Source: Vicugna vicugna
Lineage: Eukaryota
Direction: 5' to 3'
DNA: 64,000 bases
Assembly: GCA_013265495.1 (NCBI GenBank)
Contig: MU058065.1
Location: 10,581,720 to 10,645,719, forward strand
The translations under genes and the position numbers were made by a program. Positions 1 to 14,752 of this stretch are shown here, piece by piece. The notes under the pieces were generated by a model. That model made no database searches. It had not been told where the DNA came from and was given only the letters and a program-made list of their open reading frames with translations. Position 1 is the stretch's first letter. Each line of letters begins with the position of its first letter.

Positions 1-2350
1 ATTGTCTAGGAATCTAGCATAATAGTGATAAAAAATGGTGATGTTGATCATCCTTGAATTATGGCTGTTTTCAAAAACAAAGCAATTAGTCTTTGGCCAT
101 TAACTATGATGTTAGCTGTAGGAGTTTAGTAGATGTTCTTCACAGGGTTGAGAAAGATTAACTCTGTGTTTGTTGAACGTTTTAATGATAAACATGTGGC
201 ATATTTACTCAAATATCTTTTTACTTTTTCTCTTGAGATAATTGTGTGCTTTCTGTTCTTTTTTTCCTGTTAATGTGGTGAATTTTATTGATTTTTGATT
301 GTTGAAGGAAACTTTCATTTGGCGATAAATTTTTCTGATAATGATAGATTATTCTTTTTATATAGTACTGACTTCAATTTACTAATATTTTATTAAATAT
401 ATTTGCATATATACTCTAGGAGGATAAATGATTTTTCCTTAAGTATCTTTGTTAGGTTATTGTATCAATGTTACACTGGCCTCATACTGTAAATTGAGTA
501 ATGTTCCCTTTACTGAAATAGTTTATCTAAATTAGTATAATCACTTTCTTAGAAATTTTACAGAATTCAGTAATGTAAACATCTGGGCCTGATATTTGTC
601 ATATGTATTTTGATTATAAATTTGAACATAGTTTACTATTAATTGAATAGTAAATAGCTCTTCATATTTTTCTGATCTGGGTAAGTGTTGGTAGATTATT
701 TCAAAGTACTGTCTGTCAGATTCATTGGCATGAATTTTTTTAATGCTTCATTTTAACATTTAATTTCTAATTGATTTGAAGTCATATACAATCTTTGTTC
801 TTAGTTTTTATAATATTTTTTCATTTGTAGATAATCTTATTTGGGCTTAACAATTTTATTAATTTGTCCTAAAAAATTGACTCTGTCTTTCCTAATTTTC
901 CATATTTAGTGTATCTTTTAAATTTCTTTATGTTTGATATTTATTATTTTTCCTATTTCCTTCAAAATAAATATTATTTTTGATCTTCTCAGGGTAATAT
1001 GTCTTTTTCTCTGTATGCTTTCAATTTTGCTCTGTATATTAGCATTCCAGCAATTTGACAGTGATGGCCTTAGGTCTTGTTTTTCCCCTCTGAATTAGTG
1101 TTTTTAAACTTCTTAGATCTATAAGTCACTGTTTTTCAATGAATTTGGGAAATTTTCCCTCACAGGGTCTTCAAAAAATGTTTCTCTCATTCTCAATATT
1201 TTCTCCTTCTGAATATTTGACCATTTCTTGTGTTTTCAGAGATACCTCATGTTTTGTGCATTTCATTTAAAGTTTTTTCTTTTTGTTCCTTATACTAAAT
1301 ATTTTCTGTTGATTTCTCATCAAGTTTACTGACTCCTGCTATTTTCAATTCTATATTAAATCTAACCAGATAATTTTTCATTTTAGTTATTGTAGCTTTG
1401 AATTCTAGAATTTCCATTTGGTTTATTTTCTTATAGTTTTTTTTTTTCTCTACTTAAATTTCCAAAATGTTCACTTGTGATCATGTTATTCTTTATTTGA
1501 ACACAAAGAGCTTTAGTTCTTTGAATATAATATAGCTACCTTAAAATATTTTGGCTAGAGCCAATACGTGAACTGTTTTGGAGTTTATTTTTTTCCTATT
1601 GTCAATGTTCTACTTCTTGACTAGGAATCCTATTTTCCTATTTCTTTGCTCATTTGGTAATTTTTGCTACTAATTATTGTACATGATTTGTTATGGAGAT
1701 TAGGGGTCTGGTAGTTTCTTCTGAAAAATGCATATTCTTCTTCTAGTAAGTAGTTTAATTACTGGCTGATCAGCTTGAATTTTTGTAGGCTTTGTTTTAC
1801 ATTTTTTAGAGATGATCCAAGATGTTACACAAGCCCCCCAGCCTCCAAACTCTGTCTCCTATATGTTCTGTTGTTTATTTTAAGATTTGATAGGATAAGT
1901 CTAGAGAAAGACTTACTAGAGTGTGATCCTTGATTCTAATGTGAGACATTCCTAGTGTCTCAGCTGGATTCTAAGGGTGTTAATGACCTGTTAGCTTTGT
2001 ATATACACTACGGATGGACTGGAGTTCCACTGTTTCCCACACTACTTGATTTCTAGTATTTATATACAGTTTTCACATCTATAGTAGCCGCTCTCTGATA
2101 AGCCGTTTGTAATCTCCCTTGCATATGCATAGTCCAGTCCACACGGCAAACCTCAAAACAGAGATATGGGGACCCCCTCCATATACCTCTTTCTTCTGTG
2201 GAGCCCTGACTCACAAGTTCCAACTGATTTAGCTGCACTTAACTCAGATCCCTGCTGTCTCCACTTCAAAACAGAGCCATCCTTTGATTGGATGTTTACC
2301 ATCTATTGCACAAACAGGAAATTACACCCAGACCTACAGCCAAGACCATC
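1..2350 (-). mobile_element. Ancient, highly decayed LINE-1 (L1M-type): ORF2 fragment running into ORF1/5' region; continues beyond window start
   Basis: T-rich + strand; 60-200 (ttggccattaactatgatgttagctgtagg...) resembles antisense L1 ORF2; 1120-1500 (tttgggaaattttcc..., attctagaatttccatttggttt) resembles antisense ORF1. Right boundary approximate. Confidence 0.75.
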
Positions 2351-5264
2351 TGGAGCTCATTAACTGAGTCATTTATGCACATTTATGCACATATTATGCA
2401 CACATGAACACATACACATACATTAAAAGACAGTAAAGTACCTCACGCATGTATTTAATGAAAGCAATATTCTCTTTAGCAGCAGAATTCTAGGCCAGGG
2501 GATCCCTTGAGATTTGTTATATTCCCCAGAATAATGATACCTAAAACATTATTTTTTATAATATTTACTGTTTTCTATGTGTTATAAATATTGACACATA
2601 ATTTTCAAGCAATCTTATGGTGTAAATTTATTTGACCCACAATAACATTGATGGAATGGATATTCAAAGTTTAAGAAATTTGCCCAAAATCACAGCCAAA
2701 AAGCAATTGCATGATACCAAAATCAAGTTCCTTTCATTACTGATGCCTTTCTACCCTTTTATCTAGATATAAAGTTCCAGTATGGTAGGTGTAGAGTCAC
2801 TAAATATTTCCTAACACAAAATAAATAGTTTACTATAAGATAGAATTATAAACATAAATGTTTTTTTGATTATAATATGATCTTTCTCTTCACCTCAGAG
2901 AGTAATAGAACATACAATCTCCTCTACCTGGAATGGAGCAATTAAAAGCATCCCAAACTACCTTTCTCTTTGAAGCTAAAAAAAATCAGCTAATTTTACT
3001 CTTTGACAGTCAAACATGGTCTTTTTGTGGAGGAAAATCCCTATTTCCAAAAACACGAGGATTCCTGAAAGCAATTTCTAAAGATTTCTGAATGAACATG
3101 ATATTTATTTTTTCTCCTATAGTATCATTAACTCTGGTTTATTTTAGCAACACTAGAACTTAGACAGGCATTGTCATTTTCATACACATCTCTCATTAGA
3201 ATTCCTTCCTTAGGTATGTAATTGCATGGGATAGCAGATTGAGGAAATATGATTTTGATATTAAAAACCAACCCCAAATTTGTATAAACATGCAGTAAAA
3301 TATTTGGCATAGGAGTGGTAAACACTAATCTTCTAAAATATTATGGCTTTATTTTTATTTTGACTCAGCTGTCTAAAGTTGAGTACAAAATAGGCTATAA
3401 TGTTTTTAAATTGATTAATGTGTAAAACTAACATAAGAAACTTATCAATTATTTGAGCATTATTAGAATATCCATTAAAATGTATGAAGATTGTTTAAAA
3501 AGTCATAAGATAATTAGATAAATTTGAACACTCACTGGATATAGGTTGATTGAAAATTTGGCTCAATTTAAGTAATTTGGATAAGGAGTTGGTGGAGATA
3601 AAGATGAAACATGAGGTAATTGCTGATCTGGGTTATAGACTCATTGCTGTTTATTATAGTATTCTTTTTTGTGTATTTGTTATTTTCAGTAATAAAAAGT
3701 TATCAAATTGTTTCATGATAGCTTTTATTTCTCTCTACAGCCCCTTTTGCTAAAACCCAGGAGATAAAGTCTTATTAAGAAATTAATATGGGGGTTTAAG
3801 TAAGATATATTTAAGAGTGGGTAGGATAAATAGTATTGTGAGGATAATTGTAGCTAAGCACAGATATATCAGGTATATTCTAATAAGTAAGACCAAACAG
3901 AGGAAAAGAGAACAAAAAAATAACAATTTAAAGAAACTGGATGAAAGGAGAAAATGAATTCAAATAGGCATAAACCAACATGTTAATGGTCTGGAGAAGA
4001 ACACAGAACATTTTTCTAAATTCCTGCAGAGACCATTTGGTTGCATCTCAAAATCATGAAATCCAGACTGATGGGATCGTATTCTCACTAAGGCAGGTTG
4101 CAGGTGGCAGAGCAGGCAGAATTAGTTTGTTCTTCATAAGCTTATATTTGGAAGAGTAGGGGTAAAAATAAAGCTTCCTGTGGGAGTGGGCTTTTATCCA
4201 TTTTATGACAATCTCTATTAAAGTGCATCTCTTTCTCTCAGTTACTCTGTGTACCATCACTCCCTGTATCCTTGGCATTTGTCTTCCAAATATCCTCTCC
4301 CCATTGAATATTTATATTTTGACTTTTTCTTGTTTTTGTACCTTTTACCAAACATGACTTTGATTATCTTTACTTAATCGCCTTTTCTTAAAATGCTTAT
4401 TTTTAACCACATGGGATGGCTAGATATTCTTTGTCAGTGATAATTTATACATCTCATTCCATTTGCTATATTCATATTTTTATACTATATAACTTTTTCC
4501 TTTAGAAAGTCAAATGTACTTGGTAATGCTTTTCTTTTTGTGAACCACTGCCAAGTCCCATGGGTTCAAGGCTGAATTATTCAGGGGACTAAGGAACAAT
4601 GTGGAAAATCATTCCTCATTGTGTCAGACAAATAGTGCAATTTTGCAAAACATGATTAGAATTAAACAAAATTTGTAGTTTTATAATTAATTTTCCTTAC
4701 TGAATTATACAATGTAAACACTTGCTGATACTGTGCATGTACTTTTTTTCTGTAGATTTTGTGAAAAACAAAGTTAGCAATAAGTACGGTCTTTTATTAT
4801 TTGAGTGGACTTTTCAGACATTTTCATATTAGTTTATTCTTATACATAGTTTTAGCATGTACTTATAAGCTCTTGGTATTTTAAACTGTATTTAAATATT
4901 AAAGCATCAGATTTATATCAAACTGTTCATGTTCATTCATTTTTCTTAACTGAGTATGTTGAACTTTAGTTTCCCTGAAACCTAACTGTTGGATCAGAGA
5001 GAATGAACATGTTCAACAACTAAGGTAAACCATGTTAGAATTGGTATTGAACTTAAAAAACTTTGGAAGTTCAAGTGTATTTAATAGAGTCAACTATTTC
5101 TCCCTTTATTGACTTAAAATTTATGTCAAGCCTAACAGACAAAAATCTGTTGAAACTAGGAAAGAATGAGCTCAGAATTTGACTCAAGAATTTTTTTTTG
5201 CTTGTCTGCGTACTCTGAATTTTCTAATTTATGAAATAACTTTGAGGAAGACCTTCAGGGATAG

Positions 5265-5490
5265 CCTATAATTAAGAGCTCAGGCATTGAGGAAAATTCA
5301 GGGTCTTATTTTCCACTTATTAGTGTTTGACTTTGGATTATTTTCCTAACCTCTTTTAATTTCAATGATTGCATCTGCAATATACAAATAATTATAATGC
5401 ATAACATGAGATGCAAGTTTTTGATGAAAATATACATGAAAATCCATCAAAACAGTATCTGATAGAATGTGAGCACATGGTACTTGCAGG
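5265..5490 (+). mobile_element. MIR SINE relic
   Basis: Degenerate MIR core: ccacttattagtgtttgactttggattattttcctaacctc...catctgcaata...ataattataa. Confidence 0.55.
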
Positions 5491-5647
5491 TAATTATTAT
5501 CATATCATGTATATTGATACTCTAAAAACTTTATGGTATTCATTAAAATTCTATGTTTAGTTTTTTTGATACTACAGCTATACTTTTACAGACAGACTTT
5601 TCCATAAGCTATCACCAAAATGATTGTGTAGCTCCTTATGGAACATT

Positions 5648-5675
5648 CACACACACACACATACACACACACACC
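5648..5675. repeat. (CA)n microsatellite, imperfect
   Basis: cacacacacacacatacacacacacacc read directly. Confidence 0.9.
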
Positions 5676-8600
5676 CACCATGACAGTTCTACTAGCAAAA
5701 ATTTTAGAGAATTATAAAATAAATTTTTTTAAAGCTATTTAACTCTATTTTGGTATTCTCACTTGTGAAGGTCTCCTCTGCTTCCCAGAGTGGAAAATTC
5801 TTGGACAGATGACAACACAGGAAAAATAATCCTTTCCACTGCACTTAAAATATAATTCTCTGAGAAGTGTAAAAATATAAAAAAAAAAACCAAAATTTTA
5901 GAACAGTATGGAAGGTTTCAATACCTCCTGATGGTAAAAATAATATATTCTTATTAATCAACAAGAGAAATAAACATTGACTTTAGGGATGAAATACTCA
6001 CAGTATACCTTTTCTCAAATTCTGAGAATAACTTCTCATTAGAATCTTTAGATGAAGAAAACCTCAAAAGTTCTCTGAAATAATTAAAATTTCAACATTA
6101 AATTGAAACTTTTAATAACCATATTACCTTTCATTACTTTTTCTTTTTTTTCCAATTTTTACCCTTCTAATGTAGATATGGAAATATCCCTGTGGATCAT
6201 TGAGTATTATTATTTTCTATTGGTGAATGTAGTCTATCAATTTTTTGGTGAAGAACCAATGGAAAAAATTAAAAGTAGGAAAATATTTTCTTGGATGGGT
6301 CTAAGACCAGGGATCTTGACATTTAGTAGACAGTGGTATATTTTATTTTGTTGTTAAAAAAGTTATAAAATAAAATGAAACTGTGTTTATAAACCCCCCA
6401 GAAAGATATCCTATGATTTATACACTTACCTCTTGTTAGATGAGGCAAAAGGATTCAAGTTACAAGGGAAAAAAAACTTGAAAATTTTAATCAGTTATTG
6501 TAATTTATTGTTCAGTCTTCTATTTACAGGTGTACAACTGTGAACAAGTAAATTTAGGTAGCTAAAGGATAGTTATTTATGATTTGTGTTATTTGATTAG
6601 AATATTTCTGTTATGAAAACTAATGGGAGCAAAAAACTCCCAATGGAGATGTTTCTCTTTTTGGTAGTGGAAAAAGGAACTAGAGACAAGATAGTCGAAT
6701 ATGAATGTGTCTGCTTTCGGTGAATGAAAGGGAAGGAGAGAGAAAGGCAGAGAGCATTCATTAAGAAAACATTTGCTATGTGTCTACATGACATGGTAGT
6801 CTAACAGAGCAGTGATAATGGTCAGAGGTATTCAAATAATGTAAGAATTGAAAAAAGTTGAAACATAAATTGGAAAACCAATACTATACACATGCATTTG
6901 TGAGTTTTATGTAAATAGTTCATGCTTATAAGTACTCTTTGTACAATAACAGATAAAGAACATCCTGAGATGACTGCTTCAACCGATGATAAGTAAACAA
7001 ACAGCCCTTTAGGAAGTTTTTATTGAGACAAAAGTGAGGTTTTCTCTAATTACCTACTTCACAAGCATATTGGTCAGAAATGTTTATACACTAGAAATCT
7101 ACAGATAATTTTAATTAATTTTCTTTGAAATAGAAAATTGTCATCATATAGTATACCTATGTAACTGAACTCTAGTACTTTTCTTATGCTTCAAAACTTT
7201 ATTAAAACATGTAAAAAGGAAAAACGGAATTAAGATGTAATTATCTTTCTTTTTGCAGTATCCTGTTGAGAATCAGATGATAAATCATCTTACATAGTCA
7301 TTTCTCTATCAGTACAAAATACCATCTATTACAAACATTAACAATTCATTCATTAGTCATAACAGCAGTGTTCTCATTTGAAGTGATCAGTTACTAATGG
7401 TTTTAAAATTCAGAAGCTCTGGGCTTCCTGTAATTATTAAAAAAATGATTGCATCCTGATGAAACAAGAATAAACTTAGTATGTCATCCCAAGGAATAAT
7501 GTTTCTACAGTAACTTGCTATTTAAATACTAATAACATGATAACAGGAAATATTTAAATATTGTCACAGAAGTATTCCTAAGCATTTCTGCATAAACATT
7601 TACTGATATATACCTTAAATAAACTTTAACTTAAGAATTCTGTATCAATAAAAACATCAAGATTTCAAAGCAAACACACACATTTGGGTAAGATAGGCAT
7701 TTTAATTGCCTTAGAAAGAAATGGAAACTAGAATTTGCACATTTTTATTTCACTTTTTGGGAATTTTTTAATTAAAGCATATTATATTTTCATTTTTTCT
7801 TATATTCAACATGTAGAAAATAGCATAGTAATCTTATTTAGGACAGGCTATACTTTGCTTCTCTTTGTCCTTATCAGAGTATCAAAGATAACATTATACA
7901 AACATGCTTAAGTGATCCTTGTACAATTGAACACATTTTCATTCAGTGAACATTTTTTGGGAGGAGACAATACATAGAACACTGAAGAAATAGTGATGAA
8001 AGACATAGATAGCACAGTCTTTCCAGAACTGCCAGCTAGTCAACATTTGGAGTTCAGAGATTTACTCTGATGCCACATAATTTTAAACCATGAAACTTTG
8101 AGGATGATTTCATTTCTTAGCCCAGGGTTACCTTTTCAATATTCTCTCTCAGTTGTCTGCTTCCCCCCCCCATTATAAATTCTTAGCCAATTTATTTGAA
8201 ATCTTGGTTTCAGCTACCATCTGTTTTAAGATGATTCTCCACTCTTCCAATTTTACTTTCTCTAAAATTAGGTAATAAACATGGATGAAGTAAGCACAGT
8301 GCCTGAGGCATAATTTGTTAGTTCCCTTTTCCTATTCCCTCTACCAAAAGAGTTTCTCTCTGAAACATCAGCATTCTCTAATTCTTTAACACTAAACATT
8401 TTATATTTTATCCACTTAAGATATTCGACTTAAGATGGTTCCCTAATAATATTGTTGCTGTACTTGGAGGAAAAATAATTCTATATAGAGAGACTAATGC
8501 ATCCTTAGGAAAAACTGGTTAGTTATTCAAGATTTGGTGTTGCTTTAAGATGGCATATTTAGAAACTTCTGGACACATCTCAATGTACCATTATCAAATT

Positions 8601-8834
8601 TCAAACGAGGTATTATCTTCAATGAATGTTTGTCAAACTTGTGTTAAACACTGTTGTTTTCTAGTGATATGATAACAAAGTTTTGGATTATAGAAAATAA
8701 TTCAAGTAACTTTGCTTAAAAGTTAGTTACATGAGGATTTTACAACTTAAATTTGAAGCATAAATAATGTATCAGGCAAAGAAAGTGGACAATAGAGAAA
8801 TATTCTTGATTTGTTCTTTGCAGATGACATATTA

Positions 8835-8985
8835 ATGCAACCTCACAAGAATGTGTGGGTTGGAGATCATCAAGGCTTCATAGATGGAAAAGAACCAAGT
8901 GTCATTAAAAGTTAATAGTTTCTCCAAGATCACACAGCTAGTGAATATCATACTTTGAATGAAAAATCAGGTCTGCCTGACTCTC
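8835..8985 (-). mobile_element. MIR SINE relic
   Basis: ccaagatcacacagctagtgaat...caggtctgcctgactct matches antisense MIR core. Confidence 0.6.
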
Positions 8986-11900
8986 TATAAGAAACCAGTG
9001 CTAAGAGAACAGAGATAAAAGGTCTAAACATTCTGTCTGCTTGTGTTTTGGGTTTTATTATGGGAGCTTTTTCACCAGTGCCACGATAAGCACCTGAATA
9101 TCCTGATCCTTATTAATGGGGATGATATAAGGAAAAAGGAGAGAGCTCAAACAAGTAGGTATGCTGTTATAATAACAAATCCTCCTGTTCCAAAGACATA
9201 ATTTGTGTGTTTACCTTATCAAAACAAATGAAACTACTAACTCTGAGACTTTTCATGGAGACCTTTTCTATCCACCTGGCCAACTTGTCAGAATTCACCT
9301 TTGTTCTCAAGTTTTATTTGAGAAATTTATTCAGGAAAGTGTTTAGATCAGATGAGGATGCTGCTTTTCTTTCAGAATTAGGATGGTTATAATTTCAAAC
9401 GCATCCTAAACTTAAAAAAATAAAAGTCAAATGGAATATTTTCTAATTGCATTTTTTAGTTAGGGAAATTTTTAAGGATATTACAACATTCTCATTGTAA
9501 GAGATTTTGTCTAAATGACACTGGATTTTTATTAATCTTATTTTACGTGAAATTTGTTTCCAACCAGTTTCCCAAAACTGTAATTTGCTTTTCTGTATAT
9601 GAGACACTCAGTTACTTGATGCATAATCTTATTGAAGCTAAGACTGAATGTTTAATACACATGAGCCAGTTGACATTATAGAGAATATATCCTTGGCTAG
9701 ATGGAGCACTTTTAATTCTGCTTAATGATTAGCTTTAAGAAGGACTAGATTAAAACAGTAGTTGAAGGTCCATCTTCTTTGGGAACGATAACTCAAAACA
9801 CAGGTTGACTTGATAGTGAAGGAGTAGCAAAATATTCACAAAGAGTTGCTTACTTAATGTTACGCAAAGTGGGATTTTCAGTAATTGACTCTCTCACAAT
9901 GAATCCAGAGCAAGAGTGAAAAGAATGTTTAAAAATGTTCAATGAATTAGGTATGTAATTCTATAAACCCGAAGAAGTAAAGCATAATCTTGTTTTTTAC
10001 CTGTCAGTTTTAGTATCAGAGGATACTTCAGCTGGACCCTTCTTTCCTTCTAAAGTTTCAGAATATTTTTAAGAGAAAGGCTTTTGTGATAATCAAAGTA
10101 TAAGGTAGCCTTTTGCACATAAATAAGATTTCCAATGTGACACATTTTCCTAAACAGATGGGCACTATTCCAATTGCAGCCATACATTCTTGCAATCTTG
10201 CACTTTTAAATCAGATGTTCTTTTGTATATTAAAGTAGTTTCAGTAGGAAGTATTATTTCCACAGCTGCACTTCTGTGATATAATGTAGCTTGTTGAAAG
10301 GTATACGGGAAAACTACTAGCTTTTGTAAATCTTACTTTTGATTTTAGATTGTGATTAATAATTCCTACCACAAGTAATTATTTTCAGATTTAAGTAGAT
10401 AGTATGTGTGAAATTATCTAAACTGATACTCAGAATGCAGTGGGCACATAATAAATATCTGATTATTTATTTATAATACTAAACCATTAGAAAATTATAT
10501 TATTTGAAAAATAACACTTTATGCATTTTGTCAGAATACAGTAAACAAAAGCCCATTAGTAAAGTGATGTTGGAATCATATGTTATCACAAATGTCACAA
10601 AATAGTTTTATATTCAATAATAAACTAAATGAGTGAATGAATATATCCATAGTATTTACTCTATTTCACACTATCTTAATGCTGAACAATCTATTTTTGA
10701 GTAATCTGTTTTTTACTGTCTAAGAAGTTGCCTAACACATTTGATAGCTATTCTTCAGATTATCGGAAAAGAAAGATTAACATCTTATTCTACTTTGCAT
10801 TTGCTTCATTAAATTTAGTGAAATTCCAATTTAGTAATCATTTTTTGATGAACTGAAAAAGTTAGAATCCTGTCTTCCTACTCTTAAAGGGAAAAGATTA
10901 GAACCTGGGAAATTAAAACTCAAGAAACACAATATATATTTAAAACTTATAAGAATCAATACAAGTGTCATTTGCACACAACATAAATTATGTTTTCCAA
11001 GACAAGTGAAATATTCAATAGGAAAAAATTTTGATTAAATGCTTATATGGAAAGTTTAAGAAATAAGACTACCTCTTCAAAGATCACTATGTAGCTATTT
11101 ACAAATAACAAAATAATTATCTATCATGTCCCCTTCTTTTAGCCCGGCGTTAACTATATTGGGAATATCTGATAAATCATACTGTATTATTTACTATGAT
11201 ATCATATATTATATTTTAATATGACATGTCAGTCATTATTTATTTATAGGAATGCTTCACACAGCTTTTGTAAGAATCCAAAGGAAGCCTAATTTCTTTT
11301 TAAACAATTAAACTGAGCAAATAGGTAAAGGGACACCTCTGCAATGAACAAATATAACGTATGTGACTGTCCGACTAATAAACCCGCAGTCTTGAGTATT
11401 TTTGTAAATTATGTTTCAGTTGTAATTAATTATATTATATTCATCATAACTTTCTAAAATTATAGTACTTAAAACATTTAAAGTTATTAGTTATATAATC
11501 TGAATCCCATTCTAAAAGTTAAGTTCTTTGAAGAGAGACACATTTGTTTTTTTCTTTATATTCCCTGTACCTGCCCAGTGTTGAGTGAACGAGTGGACTG
11601 CATGAATAAGTTAAAACTTGCTGACAATTTTATATATTGCTACTTTGGAATACCATAACAATTATTTTTAAAACAAAAAAGAAAACCTCCAAAGTATTTT
11701 TTAGTTCATTCTATTGATTTAGCATGGAATTTTCAGTATTGCAAGGTTGATACCCTGACTACAGATAACTATTCTATGAACACCCTGCAAATCCACCTTT
11801 TTGTGTGTGTGTGTAAGATTATTCTAGAGTAATTATCAACACAGGAAAACTTTTAAATCAGTTCAGAAACATTTCATTTGAGCATTTCTTTATATATTTC

Positions 11901-12399
11901 CAATCTGAAAAGCTTTGATAGGTATTTTTTTATTTCTTAGAGCAACAAATATCAAATATTTAGCATAGAGTACACAATTGATCCCCTAATGATGACAAGT
12001 AGGATAGTACTTCTGTATAACAGAAACACTTATAGATTATAAGAGTGGAAACCTGCCTCTATGGAATAATTTTAGCACATAAATATCTCGGTCACATTCA
12101 CTAGAATAGAAATTGAATTAAATTAAGAGTTGACATTTCACAGGATTGCAAAAATCACACATGTAGATCAAAAAAAAATAGCTTCAAAATTACCTGATGA
12201 GGAAAAATACAATTCCATTGAGAGAAAGAGCTGAGAATTTTCATAAGCTCATATAAAGAAGCAATGAGCAGTGGTTGTTCCAAGTAAGGTGTATCTTGTT
12301 ATGTCTGTGGACACTTGAAAACCATATATATTCTGCTGTTTCTTTGTGCAGTGTTCTATAAAAGTCAATTAGAACCTGTTGATAGATGGTACTGTTCAG

Positions 12400-12665
12400 T
12401 TCTCTAACCTTGAATCTGTGGGTTTCTATCTTTTGCCAATTTGGGAAATTTTAGCCTTTATTTCAAGTATCTTTTTTCAGCCTTGACCATTTTCTTTTCT
12501 TCTGGAATTCAGATGATATAAATATCACAACATTTTTATAATATCCTATTCCTGAGGCTCTATGCAATTTAATTTTTTTCAGCTTATTTTTGAAGAAGTA
12601 ACTTCACTTGTTCTGTTTTCAAAGTTCATTGATTCTTCTGTCCTTTCCATTTTAATGTTAATGTA
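12400..12665 (-). mobile_element. Ancient L1 ORF1-region fragment
   Basis: ttgccaatttgggaaattttagcc...ttcttctggaattcagatgata...aagttcattgattcttctgtc is typical antisense L1M ORF1. Confidence 0.6.
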
Positions 12666-14752
12666 CTGAAAAAGTGACACCTCGTTTTTATCTTGATATA
12701 TATTGAGGTCACAAATATTCAAATTCTAAAGTACAAGGGGCTAAACGTGTAGTGGCTTATGTTGATGGTAGCTTCCCTGCAGTCACTGAGGAAAGCTGGG
12801 AAGGAAGCTGACTTGTCTCATAAAATATCTTCTTCTGTTATTCTTCACCCTTCCCTTGCCTTGCTCACTTGCCATAGGAAATATCCTCATTACTTTAATC
12901 ATGGTAAAAGTATTATGTTATCTAGGCTCGAGTGGAAAATTAGTATTTCCACGGTGTGATGTTTTAGATCTTATCTTAATTCATTAAGAATATAATGGCA
13001 CTGAGTTTAGGCCTCACTTGGCATAGGTTAACTAAGAAAAACAGGTACATAAAGATGTCATTAATTATATTTAACAAATAAATATGGTTATTATAAATAC
13101 AAACACACACACTCACACACACATTTCAAGAATAATTAAAGATAATTTTTTCCACACATAACAATTTGTTTTAGAACTAGAACAATGATAAAATGTTACA
13201 TTTAAATCTGCTGATCACCTATCTTAATTACCATAAATTTGACAAATTAATATAATCTGTTAGTAGATCAAATGTGGAAAATATATGTATATTCACTAAG
13301 ATTGCTTTTCTTTCTAAATTTTATTATACTTATAATCTAAAATAGTTGATGCATTTTCCACAGAAGTCCAACTTTAAATGATATAAACATTTGAGGAAGT
13401 AGACTTCATGAATTTTTTTCTTTGATTTACCTGGAATAGATGATCAAAAGTACTTCAATTCAAACTTTCCAAATATCTCTTCTAATGTCTGACATTTCAA
13501 TTCAATTTACACTGTATTTAAAATCTAAAATTTGTAAAGGGTGCAAATATTAGATCTGTTCAATCTCTGTGTCTAAGCCCTTATCACAGGTATTTTACAA
13601 CAAATCTTATGAAAGAATAAAATAGACAACAACAGGTGGGAAGCAGTTTTTGAAATTTAACATGTTGGCGTTTTGACTGTCATGTACAGTTGCTACCTGT
13701 GAACAGCAGAGGTGTTTCTCTAACATTTGTATATTGACTTACCATTAATAGTTTGGGATGCTTTGTATTTCATAAAAATTCTGAAGATGTTTTTAATCAG
13801 ATGTTGGATTTCAGAAATTGAAAATATTATTTCAAGTTGATCATTGTAAAATATGCTATATAATTGAACTCAGATGCCAATGAATATATTTTGGAGGGAA
13901 AAGATCTTTTCACTTTTTCTACACAATGAGAGGAGTATCCTCCTAAGCTTTATGGTCAGTTCCCTTCAGTCATCAGATTATGACATTGATGAATTGTATT
14001 AAATTGCCAGTCTGCAGATAAATAGACTATACAAACTGAATCTGAACTTACTCTAAAAGACAAACTCCTTACCTTTGCAATGTTGCCACCTCACACCGTC
14101 CTACAAACCATTATCAGCCAGTGTTAGAAATGATTAAGTTGTTTTGATTCTTCTCTCTCTCTTTTTAAAATCAACTTTCAGAAGTCATGGATTTCAGAAA
14201 TAATCTCCTGAGAAGTTATATACAAATAATTGAAACTCACCATGTATGAAAATTTAATGACAAAACTTAAGCATTTATGTCTAGTTGCTAGACTTCAAAT
14301 AGTTGAAGACTAATAATACTGTAATGGGCAATAATATGGCTTCTACAAATTGAGGTGTGTAATTTTATTTTTAAAATGTTTAATGAAAGTAAAATTGTTC
14401 TGCTAATAATTAAACCTAAAGTATCAAAGTGAAGCAAGAGCTTTTAAGATTGTTGTGTAAATTGTTTAGATAAAAAACACTCAAGTAAGCACTCTTACCA
14501 CTTGCCCCATTGCCACTCTAACTCAAAACATTTTCTGTTTAATTATCCAGGAAAAAATCACATTAATGTAGAAAATAATTTTAATTCTGTTTGTTCCTTT
14601 TATAAACATTTTCCCAAATTTTGAAATTAAACAATTTACTGAGTCTTCTCCATTTATAAAAGATATTTATGATGTCACAAAACATGCCAAAATATAATTA
14701 TTTAGCAAGACATAAAAATAAGCTCTGTAATGATATTAAGAATGCAAATCAA

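Noticed and set aside
3741..3799. Plus-strand exon-like segment with a strong acceptor (tttctctctacag) and gtaaga donor
   Set aside because: Stops in all three frames and no supporting neighbouring exons; such sites are frequent in AT-rich DNA.
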